Virus record (IMG/VR): IMGVR_UViG_3300021399_000040
Source: a virus
Strand: one strand, 5' to 3'
Length of the DNA: 39,124 bases
The position numbers and the translations under genes were made by a program. Positions 6,990 through 14,060 of this stretch are shown here, piece by piece. The notes beneath the pieces were generated by a model. That model was not told the origin of the DNA, made no database searches, and saw nothing but the letters and a program-made list of their open reading frames with translations. Numbering within the stretch: the first letter of the stretch is position 1; every line of letters begins with the position of its first letter.

Positions 6990-6998
6990 GCTTTACGG

Positions 6999-7337
6999 TC
7001 AGCGATCGGACAGCAGCTTCGAAATCCTGTCAAGCTGACGAATGATGATGAAGTTCTGTTCAAGGATCGCGCGCTGGTAATACATCTGATTCTTCTGGAT
7101 GTCGCGATCGTTGCCGCCGCCGAACGAAAGACCTAATTCCATCAGGCCGGTTCCGCGCAGTTCGCCGACAATGTTCCGCACGGACTGGATGTCTTCAGGA
7201 TCCTGAAGACCTGTAAGGCCGTACTTCTGAAGAAGTGCGAAGTCTTTTTCGGCCTGCTTCTGTTCAGCTTCGGCGATCTTCCGCGCCTTCTTTTCTTCTT
7301 TGCTTTCTTTACTTTCAAATAATGCCATAGTGTCCAT
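6999..7337 (-). CDS. Hypothetical protein in the lysogeny module (candidate lysogen-expressed accessory gene)
   Basis: This minus-strand ORF lies directly downstream of the repressor. The probable start is the Met at 7328, with RBS ggaagga at 7344-7338. The N-terminus is a K/E-rich helix and the C-terminus reads ...YYQRAILEQNFIIIRQLDRISKLL. Confidence 0.7.
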   Translation of the reverse strand: MDTMALFESKESKEEKKARKIAEAEQKQAEKDFALLQKYGLTGLQDPEDIQSVRNIVGELRGTGLMELGLSFGGGNDRDIQKNQMYYQRAILEQNFIIIRQLDRISKLLSDR

Positions 7338-7344
7338 CCTTCCA

Positions 7345-7372
7345 GCCCGTCATCTTGACGGGCTTATTTTTA
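7345..7372 (+). terminator. 8-bp hairpin gcccgtca-tct-tgacgggc with a T-run on the + strand side
   Basis: Read directly between the repressor stop (7370) and the next minus-strand gene. The T-tract ttattttta follows the stem on the + strand only. The minus-strand genes are therefore probably co-transcribed. Confidence 0.45.
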
Positions 7373-7849
7373 TGCCATATTTTCGGCAGGCGTGTCGGAA
7401 GCTGATGATTCGTCCGCCTGACTTGCTTCAAGTTCCAGTTCCTGCCGGTACGATTCGACTTCTGCATCGATCTTCGACTGCGTGTCGTCGACTTCGGAGA
7501 TCTGCCCGCAGATCTTCCGGATGTAAGTCTTCAGAACATTTCGGGACGCTTCGTCCATCTTCAGATATTCCTGAAGCATGATCCGATCGAAGTCATCCAG
7601 ATCGTACTGTTCACACAGTTCATCGACGACTGTCTGCGGCACATCCGAAAACATTTCGCCGATGCCGTTCTTCAGATATTCATAGTTCACTTTGTATTCG
7701 CGGCAGATCGCGCGGATCAGCTGATCCGTCAGCTGGTTCTGTCCTTTTTCAAGTCTGGAAATCCCGCTGTCGGTGATTCCTAATCGTGCAGCGAATTCTT
7801 TTTGCGTAAGGCGAAGAGCCTTCCGAATGTCTTTTAATCTGCTGTTCAT
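7370..7849 (-). CDS. XRE-family helix-turn-helix repressor (CI-like), without an S24 peptidase domain
   Basis: The N-terminal HTH reads MNSRLKDIRKALRLTQKEFAARLGITDSGISRLEKGQNQ. The gene is divergent from the early operon. The C-terminal part is helical and acidic, with no Ser/Lys autocleavage motif visible. Confidence 0.9.
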   Translation of the reverse strand: MNSRLKDIRKALRLTQKEFAARLGITDSGISRLEKGQNQLTDQLIRAICREYKVNYEYLKNGIGEMFSDVPQTVVDELCEQYDLDDFDRIMLQEYLKMDEASRNVLKTYIRKICGQISEVDDTQSKIDAEVESYRQELELEASQADESSASDTPAENMA

Positions 7850-7965
7850 GCGCCGTTCCTCCTTCCTGAATTATATCCTACATTAAAAAATTGATTCAGT
7901 CAAGTTTTATATGCTGAAGTGGTTGACAAACTTGATTCAATCAAGTATTATATTGACAGGATCAA
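7850..7965. promoter_or_regulatory. Divergent promoter/operator region of the genetic switch
   Basis: The + strand promoter has TTGACA (7923-7928), a 17-nt spacer and TATTAT (7946-7951). A perfect 7-1-7 palindrome cttgattcaatcaag (7931-7945) fills the spacer. A related site ttgattcagtcaag lies at 7891-7904, and half-sites atcaagt/gattcag recur at 7961-7981. Confidence 0.65.
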
Positions 7966-8004
7966 GTGAAAATTCGATTCAGGAAAGGAAAGGACGGTGA
8001 TCAG

Positions 8005-8289
8005 ATGACAGTTCTGGACGGGCAGCAGGAACCGCAGGAGATGGAAGACCGTGACCGAATCGACATAGCAAAGAATCGCTGCGCGATCGTGTTCGAATCG
8101 ATGCAGCTGACGGCGGAAGAGATCGCACAGGTCACGGAAGAGATCTTCGAATCGGTGTCGGTGCTGGTCGATGACAACGAAGACGAAGAAGAGGATGACG
8201 GAGCACCGGACAGCCTGACGGTGATGGAACATGTCGTGATGGCACTGGCAGTCATCGCGCTGGCGATGGTGATCGTCACACTGGCATGA
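8005..8289 (+). CDS. First early gene: very acidic protein with a C-terminal hydrophobic anchor
   Basis: An in-frame ATG at 8005 follows the RBS aaaggacgg; the track ORF starts at 7966. The sequence includes ...DDNEDEEEDDGAPD... followed by VVMALAVIALAMVIVTLA. No HTH is visible. Confidence 0.6.
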   Translation: MTVLDGQQEPQEMEDRDRIDIAKNRCAIVFESMQLTAEEIAQVTEEIFESVSVLVDDNEDEEEDDGAPDSLTVMEHVVMALAVIALAMVIVTLA

Positions 8290-8471
8290 AGAAAGGAGTG
8301 AAGACAATGTTGGCAGCAGAGAAGACCAGAGAAGTCGAGCGGCAGCAGGCGGACGTGAAGGAATTCGTGGAACTGCTGAAGAAGCTGACCGCCGAAGAGA
8401 AAAGAGAGGTCAAAGGAATCATGATCGGAATGCAGATCATGCGCGATCAGCTGAAAGTGAAGACTGCATGA
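8286..8471 (+). CDS. Hypothetical small charged helical protein (likely start 8307)
   Basis: The RBS gaaaggag lies at 8291-8298. The product begins MLAAEKTREVERQQADVKEFVELLKKLTAEEKREVKG... Confidence 0.55.
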   Translation: MKKGVKTMLAAEKTREVERQQADVKEFVELLKKLTAEEKREVKGIMIGMQIMRDQLKVKTA

Positions 8472-8520
8472 CGATCGACACGGCCTGCGTCGGCAGCGGC
8501 GCAGGCTGAATCATGAAAGG

Positions 8521-8898
8521 ATGGACGAAATGAAAGGCAAATGGAAAGTATCACATAACTATGCAGGCGGCGAAATGCTGATTCAGGTCTACAGACAGCT
8601 GGATGTCACGGAACCGGATCACGCAGGAAACAGAGAGTATCAGCCGGGATTCTTCGAAACGGATGAAGAAGCGCAGGCGCTGGCGGACAGCCTGAACACG
8701 AAGCACTGGAAGATCAGCTATTCGATGATGTACAGGAACGGCAGCGTGCAGGAAGCAGAAGCGACGATCGCGGCAGACACGATCGACCAGGCGCTGAAGA
8801 TGGCGCAGCTGAACATCACGAAACCGATGCTTCAGACGGGCGCATATGAAGACATCGTGATCTGGGATGTCGCGATCATGGAAGACGACGTGTTCTGA
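8521..8898 (+). CDS. Hypothetical protein (likely start 8530)
   Basis: The RBS gaaagga is directly upstream. The product begins MKGKWKVSHNYAGGEMLIQVYRQLDVTEPDHAGNREY... The fold is not recognised. Confidence 0.65.
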   Translation: MDEMKGKWKVSHNYAGGEMLIQVYRQLDVTEPDHAGNREYQPGFFETDEEAQALADSLNTKHWKISYSMMYRNGSVQEAEATIAADTIDQALKMAQLNITKPMLQTGAYEDIVIWDVAIMEDDVF

Positions 8899-8911
8899 AG
8901 GAGGGACGGGC

Positions 8912-9145
8912 ATGAATGCAGCAAGGCGGAAGAGACTGGCGGAAGCGGTCGACATGATCGCATCCGCGAAAGAGATCATCGAAGAGGTCAAGGAAGAGGA
9001 ACAGGAAGCCTTCGACAATATGCCGGAATCGCTTCAGGGATCTGAACGCGGCGAAGAGATGGAAGGATTCATCGGAGATCTGGAAAACGCAGCGGATGAC
9101 CTGGACAACATCAGCGACGTGATCGCAGAGATCGCGGAAGTATAA
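8912..9145 (+). CDS. Hypothetical small acidic protein
   Basis: An internal ATG follows the RBS gaaggaggg (8898-8906). The product is MNAARRKRLAEAVDMIASAKEIIEEVKEEEQEAFDNMPESLQGSERGEEMEGFIGDLENAADDLDNISDVIAEIAEV. Confidence 0.65.
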   Translation: MNAARRKRLAEAVDMIASAKEIIEEVKEEEQEAFDNMPESLQGSERGEEMEGFIGDLENAADDLDNISDVIAEIAEV

Positions 9146-9165
9146 GGACGAAAGGACGGACGAAG

Positions 9166-9705
9166 ATGGCAAAGGAAATCAATCCATATAAGGGATACAA
9201 GGACGGGACGACAGCGTTCCACGTGGCAAGCCGCGAAGAAGCGTGGCAGAAGGCAATCGAGATCTTCCCGACGGATTACAAAAAGGACGAATTGGCATCC
9301 GAACGGGCAGGCTATCCGATCTACAGAAGCACGGCGACGGATGCGGGAATCACGGACTGGATCAGCGATCTGGGGGTGCGTCTGGAACTGAACCTGAAGA
9401 ACGGGACGAAGTCGCTGAACATCTGGATCACGCCGCCGACGCCGAAGATCACAGCGGTCAGACAGTGGAGCATGGAAGACATCGTGCAGATGTGCATCGA
9501 AAACAACTTCTACACGCAAGGCGACGCACGTGCATATTCCCGGATGCTTCAGCGGGTGGAGGTAATGGAGCCGACACTGGAAAACATCTACGCCGTGGCG
9601 GTCGACATTCTGGATCACACGGATGAAAACGAAGACCAGACGATCACGAACATCATGTGCATCATAGAAAACACCGTCGTCCGGACGACGTTCGACATCG
9701 AGTAA
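9166..9705 (+). CDS. Hypothetical protein
   Basis: The ORF has normal-looking composition and continues the operon on the same strand. The upstream RBS-like sequence is aaggacggacgaag. Confidence 0.65.
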   Translation: MAKEINPYKGYKDGTTAFHVASREEAWQKAIEIFPTDYKKDELASERAGYPIYRSTATDAGITDWISDLGVRLELNLKNGTKSLNIWITPPTPKITAVRQWSMEDIVQMCIENNFYTQGDARAYSRMLQRVEVMEPTLENIYAVAVDILDHTDENEDQTITNIMCIIENTVVRTTFDIE

Positions 9706-9719
9706 AGGAGGGGCAGGAC

Positions 9720-10064
9720 ATGAGCGACGCGAAAATCAAAGTCATCATCAAACGTCCCGACGAAAAGGCCGGGCACGTCACGAACATCAGCGCCAGTCTG
9801 AAGAACCTTCAGAAGACTGTGGAAGGAAACATCGAAACGGTCGTAGTCGGAGAAAATCCGAAAGTGATCATGATCTGCAACGAAGAAGGGAAGATCCAGA
9901 AACTTCAGAAGAACTTCCGGATGGGCGGCGAAATATTCTTCGACATCATCCGGGGGACGGTGATCATCTGCGGAGAATCAGAAGACGGTGAAGACTTCGC
10001 AGACGTTCCGATCGACTTCGAGACATGGAAGCGATACCTGAAAGCCTGGGGAAATGAGATTTAA
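9720..10064 (+). CDS. DUF3846-like protein
   Basis: An internal ATG follows the RBS aaaggagggg. The pattern ...NIETVVVGENPKVIMICNEEGKIQKLQKNFRMGGEIFFDIIRGTVIICG... resembles the DUF3846 family, which is common in phage and ICE early regions. This is recognition by eye. Confidence 0.6.
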   Translation: MSDAKIKVIIKRPDEKAGHVTNISASLKNLQKTVEGNIETVVVGENPKVIMICNEEGKIQKLQKNFRMGGEIFFDIIRGTVIICGESEDGEDFADVPIDFETWKRYLKAWGNEI

Positions 10065-10081
10065 GGAAAGGAGCGGGACGC

Positions 10082-10390
10082 ATGGGATTCTTACAGGAAA
10101 AGCACGGGATCATGATGCTGGGACGCACGCCGGAAGGAACCTGTCCGATGTGCGCCGTGAAGCACGATCCGCGGATGCCGCACAACAGGGACAGCCTGAC
10201 GTATCAGTACAAGTTCTACGACCAGCACGGACGATTCCCTTCGTGGGCGGATGCGATGGAACACTGTGATCCGGAAGTGAAAGAAGCATGGACGCAGGCA
10301 CTGGAAGCGAAGGGCGTGAAGGTGCAGCAGAATCCGGAAGTGGACACGCTGGACATCCAGATCAGTCCGGAAGGCGGTGAAGCGTCATGA
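10082..10390 (+). CDS. Hypothetical protein (Cys/His-containing)
   Basis: The RBS is aaaggagcggg. The sequence includes ...GTCPMCAVKHDPRMPHNRDSLTYQYKFYDQHGRFPSWADAMEHC... Confidence 0.65.
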   Translation: MGFLQEKHGIMMLGRTPEGTCPMCAVKHDPRMPHNRDSLTYQYKFYDQHGRFPSWADAMEHCDPEVKEAWTQALEAKGVKVQQNPEVDTLDIQISPEGGEAS

Positions 10391-10611
10391 AGAAGGCGAC
10401 CACATTCGAAGATCTGGTGATCGCAGCGGAGCGGACGACAAGAAAGGCAGCGGCGATCGATGCCGCGAAGAAGGCCATGTCCGGGATCGCGTGGGCGGAA
10501 CCGGATGTCATCAAGGCCGTGGTGCTGCTGGACAAGGCGAAGGTCGATCTGGAAGCGCAGATCGGAATGCTACAGGACAGCATGATGGCAGAGAAAGGCG
10601 GCGCGACATGA
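10387..10611 (+). CDS. Hypothetical small helical protein
   Basis: The start overlaps the upstream stop (atga), which suggests translational coupling. Confidence 0.55.
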   Translation: MKKATTFEDLVIAAERTTRKAAAIDAAKKAMSGIAWAEPDVIKAVVLLDKAKVDLEAQIGMLQDSMMAEKGGAT

Positions 10612-10934
10612 AGTTCTACCATGCGACGCCGTGGGAGAGCGCCAGGCAGATCCAGAAGGACGGGAAGATCAAAGCGTCATGGGACGGCGGCGTGTACCTG
10701 TGCAAGGATCCCGCCGACAGCTGCAAGTTCATGATCATCAGATTCGTGCAGCGGGTCGCCGTGTTCGAAGTAGATCTTCCGGAAGAGAGCGTGCAGGAAT
10801 CATACGACCACAGCGAAGAGTTCTTCGGCTGCAAGGCATACATACACGAAGGAGACATCGAACTGACGGGATGCGAAGACGTGAGATACTACGACTTCAC
10901 ATCGATCTGGAAAGGAGAGGATGACGAAGAATGA
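10608..10934 (+). CDS. Hypothetical protein (108 aa) beginning MKFYHATPWESARQIQKDG...GGVYLC...
   Basis: An in-frame ATG overlaps the upstream stop (atga). The upstream part of track ORF 10377..10934 looks out of frame, being Arg/Gly-rich. Confidence 0.6.
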   Translation: MKFYHATPWESARQIQKDGKIKASWDGGVYLCKDPADSCKFMIIRFVQRVAVFEVDLPEESVQESYDHSEEFFGCKAYIHEGDIELTGCEDVRYYDFTSIWKGEDDEE

Positions 10935-11134
10935 TGACAAGAGGAAAGGCCGTCGCGATCTTCGAACGGATCGGAAGCTTCAAGCTACAGGACGATACGA
11001 CGGATCAGGAGAAGATCGAAGCGATTGAAACAGTTTTAAGCATGGAAACATTCAACGGCATCACGAAGATGAACATGGTTCGGGTCATGATCTGGATGCT
11101 GATGAAGATCACGGGAAAGGAGGATGACGGATGA
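10931..11134 (+). CDS. Hypothetical small protein
   Basis: The start is coupled to the upstream stop (atgatga). The product begins MMTRGKAVAIFERIGSFKLQDDTTDQEKIEAIETVLSMETFNGITKMNMVRVMIWMLMKITG... Confidence 0.55.
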   Translation: MMTRGKAVAIFERIGSFKLQDDTTDQEKIEAIETVLSMETFNGITKMNMVRVMIWMLMKITGKEDDG

Positions 11135-11265
11135 AAGAGAGAAGAGACGCACCGGATCCGATGAAGGCATTCAGAGCGATCGCGCTGATCATCACGCAGC
11201 GCGGCGAAGCACAGGTGAAGCTGAAGGCCGTCAGATCTATCCAGCAGGAGAAGAAAGCAGGGTAA
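11131..11265 (+). CDS. Small ORF (44 aa) missing from the supplied track
   Basis: The RBS aaaggagg lies at 11117-11124, 6 nt before the ATG. The product is MKERRDAPDPMKAFRAIALIITQRGEAQVKLKAVRSIQQEKKAG. The start overlaps the upstream stop. Confidence 0.45.
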   Translation: MKERRDAPDPMKAFRAIALIITQRGEAQVKLKAVRSIQQEKKAG

Positions 11266-11271
11266 AAGGAA

Positions 11272-11338
11272 AAGCCTTCAGGAAGCGGACAAGGCATCCT
11301 GAAGGCTTCATGTTGGGCTTCTTCCGGGCATCCGGAAG
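11272..11338 (+). promoter_or_regulatory. Two tandem stem-loops upstream of rep (terminator and/or candidate double-strand origin)
   Basis: Hairpin 1 is aagccttcagga (11272-11283) / tcctgaaggctt (11297-11308) with a 13-nt loop. Hairpin 2 is cttccgg (11321-11327) - gcat - ccggaag (11332-11338). No T-run follows either. Confidence 0.4.
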
Positions 11339-11496
11339 CCGCTTCACGCACCACATTCATGATAGCGGAAAATGCCCGAAAAGTCAATGAAAACGCGGGA
11401 CGGACGGCAGTCCGGAAGCGTCCTTGTAATGGATACTAACAAGTCAACGAATCCATATATACAAGGGATCAGAGAGAGGGGAAGGGCATCCGCACC

Positions 11497-12513
11497 ATGA
11501 GAAAGAGAAGGAAGAAGGCCGTCATCGAATACGACTATGAAGCGGCCTATAACAAAGCGCTGGAAGATCTGGAAGAAGATCAGGTGCAAAGGATCCTTCA
11601 GGGCAGCAGGAAGGCGACAGTGTACGCCACGAAGGAGATCCGGGCAGGCGATCAGCTGGAAGTGGAGATCTATCCGGAGTTCGTCAGAGGGCAGCAGGCA
11701 GAGATCCCGCCGACAGCTGCACAGAAGGAGAAGCACCGAAAAGCACAGTGGAACCTGAACGAGAAGAACAGCAGGAAGCAGTGCGAAAGAGTGATCAACG
11801 CGAACTTCGGGGACAGGGACATATGGGCGACGTTCACCTACACGGACGCAGACATGCCCGCCACGATGGAAGAAGCACTGAAGAACATGCAGAACTACAT
11901 CAGGCGCTTGAACTACCAGAGGAAGAAGCGCGGCCTGAAGAACGCCAGGTACGTCTACACCACGGAGGGGACGCAGGAAGGAAGATTCCACCATCACATT
12001 GTCATGGATGGGGACATCGACATGGACACTGTGGAAGAACTGTGGATAAAGGGAAGGCGGAATCAGGTGCGCCGCCTGGACAAGGATGAAGACGGCCTGA
12101 CGGGGATGGCGAAGTACATCACGAAGGAGAAGAAGAAGAAGTCACAGAAGAAGTGGACACCGTCGAAGGGTCTGAAGAAGCCGGAAGAAAAGGTGAATCA
12201 CTATAAGTTCAAGGCGAAGGACGTCCGGGAAATGGCAGCGGACAGCAGCTGCATCCGGGACAAGATGACGCGCTGGTATGGACAGCAGGGATACACATTC
12301 GCGAAGGCCGAAGTCAGATACAACGACGTGAACGGCAGATTCTACATCAACGCAAGGCTGCACAGACAGCCGGAAAGGACAGGGAAATGGAAAACAGGAC
12401 GGAAGAACAGAGCAGGAGGACGGGGCGGAGGATCCCGCACGGCAAGGCAGAGGAAGCGAGAAGAAGACGGCAGCGCAGGCGGATCATCCGGAAAGCGAAG
12501 CAGATCGCGCTGA
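11497..12513 (+). CDS. HUH-superfamily rolling-circle replication initiator (Rep)
   Basis: The three Rep motifs appear in order: WATFTYTD (motif I), GRFHHHIVMDG (HUH, motif II) and GMAKYITKEKK (catalytic Tyr, YxxK, motif III). The Arg/Gly-rich tail overlaps the next gene. Confidence 0.8.
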   Translation: MRKRRKKAVIEYDYEAAYNKALEDLEEDQVQRILQGSRKATVYATKEIRAGDQLEVEIYPEFVRGQQAEIPPTAAQKEKHRKAQWNLNEKNSRKQCERVINANFGDRDIWATFTYTDADMPATMEEALKNMQNYIRRLNYQRKKRGLKNARYVYTTEGTQEGRFHHHIVMDGDIDMDTVEELWIKGRRNQVRRLDKDEDGLTGMAKYITKEKKKKSQKKWTPSKGLKKPEEKVNHYKFKAKDVREMAADSSCIRDKMTRWYGQQGYTFAKAEVRYNDVNGRFYINARLHRQPERTGKWKTGRKNRAGGRGGGSRTARQRKREEDGSAGGSSGKRSRSR

Positions 12514-13283
12514 TCGTGGCGGCGCTGGCAGTCTTCGTCCTGATCGCGTTCGGTCTGGTGAAGGGAGTGATGGCGATCGCGTGCACAGTATTCGGAGAGC
12601 CGAAGGACGTGTCCGTCGCGGAAGCAGCACCGGAACCGGAAGAAAGCCAGGAAGCAGAGACGCAGCCGGTGGAGATCATGACGCCTGAAGAGGTCGACGC
12701 GAACCAGATGGCGAAGTACGGCTGCAAGATCTACGGATCCTACGGATACCCGTGGAACCGGATGTCGCAGGACTGGGACAACATCGAAGGGTTCTACTAT
12801 CACGACATATCGACAGCGGCGAAGCAGGCCGGGGGCGAATTCCCGGTCATCGCGCAGATCTACACATACATCGTCTGCCGGGATGCGGGCGTGGACTATG
12901 AAACAGTCTTCGCGCTGATCGAGAAGGAAAGCGGCTGCGTGTGGGATGCGATCGGAGATTCCGGGGAATCGGTCGGGCTGATGCAGATCAATGAAAGATG
13001 GCATCGGGACAGGATGCGGAAAGAGCGATGCACGGATCTGATGAATCCATACATGAACATCCGCGTCGGCGTCAGCTATCTGGCGGAACTGTATGAAGTG
13101 ACGGGGAACGTCACCGACATGCTGACGGCCTACAACTACGGCCTGCAAGGCGCACGTGAAAACATGTGGTGCCGTGGCATCCACGACTATCCATACAACG
13201 AAGAAATCATGCAGCGCGCGGCAGAACTGAAAGCAGAGACGGCAGCGGCGCGAAAGCAGTGGGAAGAGAGGAACAAGGAATGA
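12387..13283 (+). CDS. Membrane-anchored lytic transglycosylase (SLT domain)
   Basis: A basic N-terminus is followed by the TM segment IALIVAALAVFVLIAFGLV. The SLT motifs are ALIEKESGCVWD...GLMQINERWH...NIRVGVSYLAEL...AYNYG. Confidence 0.8.
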   Translation: MENRTEEQSRRTGRRIPHGKAEEARRRRQRRRIIRKAKQIALIVAALAVFVLIAFGLVKGVMAIACTVFGEPKDVSVAEAAPEPEESQEAETQPVEIMTPEEVDANQMAKYGCKIYGSYGYPWNRMSQDWDNIEGFYYHDISTAAKQAGGEFPVIAQIYTYIVCRDAGVDYETVFALIEKESGCVWDAIGDSGESVGLMQINERWHRDRMRKERCTDLMNPYMNIRVGVSYLAELYEVTGNVTDMLTAYNYGLQGARENMWCRGIHDYPYNEEIMQRAAELKAETAAARKQWEERNKE

Positions 13284-13735
13284 ATCTGAAGTATGCACTG
13301 CGGTCAGAGGATACGGAACAGATCGCGGTGATCACCTGGGCGCAGTGGAACATGCAGAGGTATCCGGAACTGGAACTTCTGCACCACGTGCCGAACGGCG
13401 GCAGCAGGAACAAGGCCGAAGCCGTGAAACTGAAGCAGATGGGAGTGAAGGCGGGCGTGCCGGATCTTCATCTGCCGGTACCGAAGGCGGGATTCTGCGG
13501 GCTGTACATCGAAATGAAGTACGGCAGCGGGAGGATACAGGACACACAGAAGGAATTCATGAGAGCGGCAGCGGCACGCGGGAACTACTGCGTCGTGTGC
13601 TACGGAGCGGAAGCGGCGGTGAAAGTGCTGGAAGACTATCTGAAGCTGAAACCGATCAACACGGGACTGGGCGAAAACATCCCGCGTGTGCCGAACCTGT
13701 CGATCGTGAAGGAAGGGAAGGTGAAAGAATTATGA
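13280..13735 (+). CDS. VRR-NUC domain nuclease
   Basis: An in-frame ATG overlaps the upstream stop. The motif region reads EQIAVITWAQ...LLHHVPNGGSRNKAEAVKLKQMGVKAGVPDLHLP...GLYIEMKYGSGRIQDTQKEF (the D...ExK motif). Confidence 0.8.
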   Translation: MNLKYALRSEDTEQIAVITWAQWNMQRYPELELLHHVPNGGSRNKAEAVKLKQMGVKAGVPDLHLPVPKAGFCGLYIEMKYGSGRIQDTQKEFMRAAAARGNYCVVCYGAEAAVKVLEDYLKLKPINTGLGENIPRVPNLSIVKEGKVKEL

Positions 13736-14040
13736 CGGTAGGTGAATTTTGCGAAGTGCTGCACAATCCGGATCGCGTCCGGATCTTCCGGAAGGAAGGA
13801 GAAGAAAAGGTGCTGATCTTCGACGGATGGGCGGCATCCATAAAGCAGGACGCGGGGAAAGCGCGGATCAGGCAGCAGGATCTGGAAAGGAACGTCGTCG
13901 ACTTCAGGGCGACGCCGGAGATCACGCACAAGGACTACAAGAAGCGCGGCCTGATGCCGCCGATGGATCCGGACATGACGCCGATGTACAGCTTCAGCGA
14001 TCTACAGATGCGGCTGTACTACGACATATTCGCAGGATAA
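13732..14040 (+). CDS. Hypothetical protein
   Basis: An in-frame ATG overlaps the upstream stop (ttatga). The product begins MTVGEFCEVLHNPDRVRIFRKEGEEKVLIFDGW... The upstream part of the track ORF is Arg/Gly-rich and out-of-frame-like. Confidence 0.6.
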   Translation: MTVGEFCEVLHNPDRVRIFRKEGEEKVLIFDGWAASIKQDAGKARIRQQDLERNVVDFRATPEITHKDYKKRGLMPPMDPDMTPMYSFSDLQMRLYYDIFAG

Positions 14041-14060
14041 CGAAGGAGGGCACACGCACC

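Noticed and set aside
6843-6998. A tRNA or tmRNA-like gene near the integrase, a common integration target.
   Set aside because: No cloverleaf-compatible arms or T-loop consensus (GTTCRANYC) are visible here or in other intergenic regions. As a circular phage form, the window would carry at most a short attP-internal fragment.
7000-7372. An antisense RNA / type I toxin-antitoxin arrangement opposite the 6999..7337 gene, suggested by the + oriented hairpin and T-run at 7345-7372.
   Set aside because: I could not find a convincing + strand -35/-10 pair inside 7000-7340. The hairpin may simply be a weak or bidirectional element between the repressor and the downstream gene.
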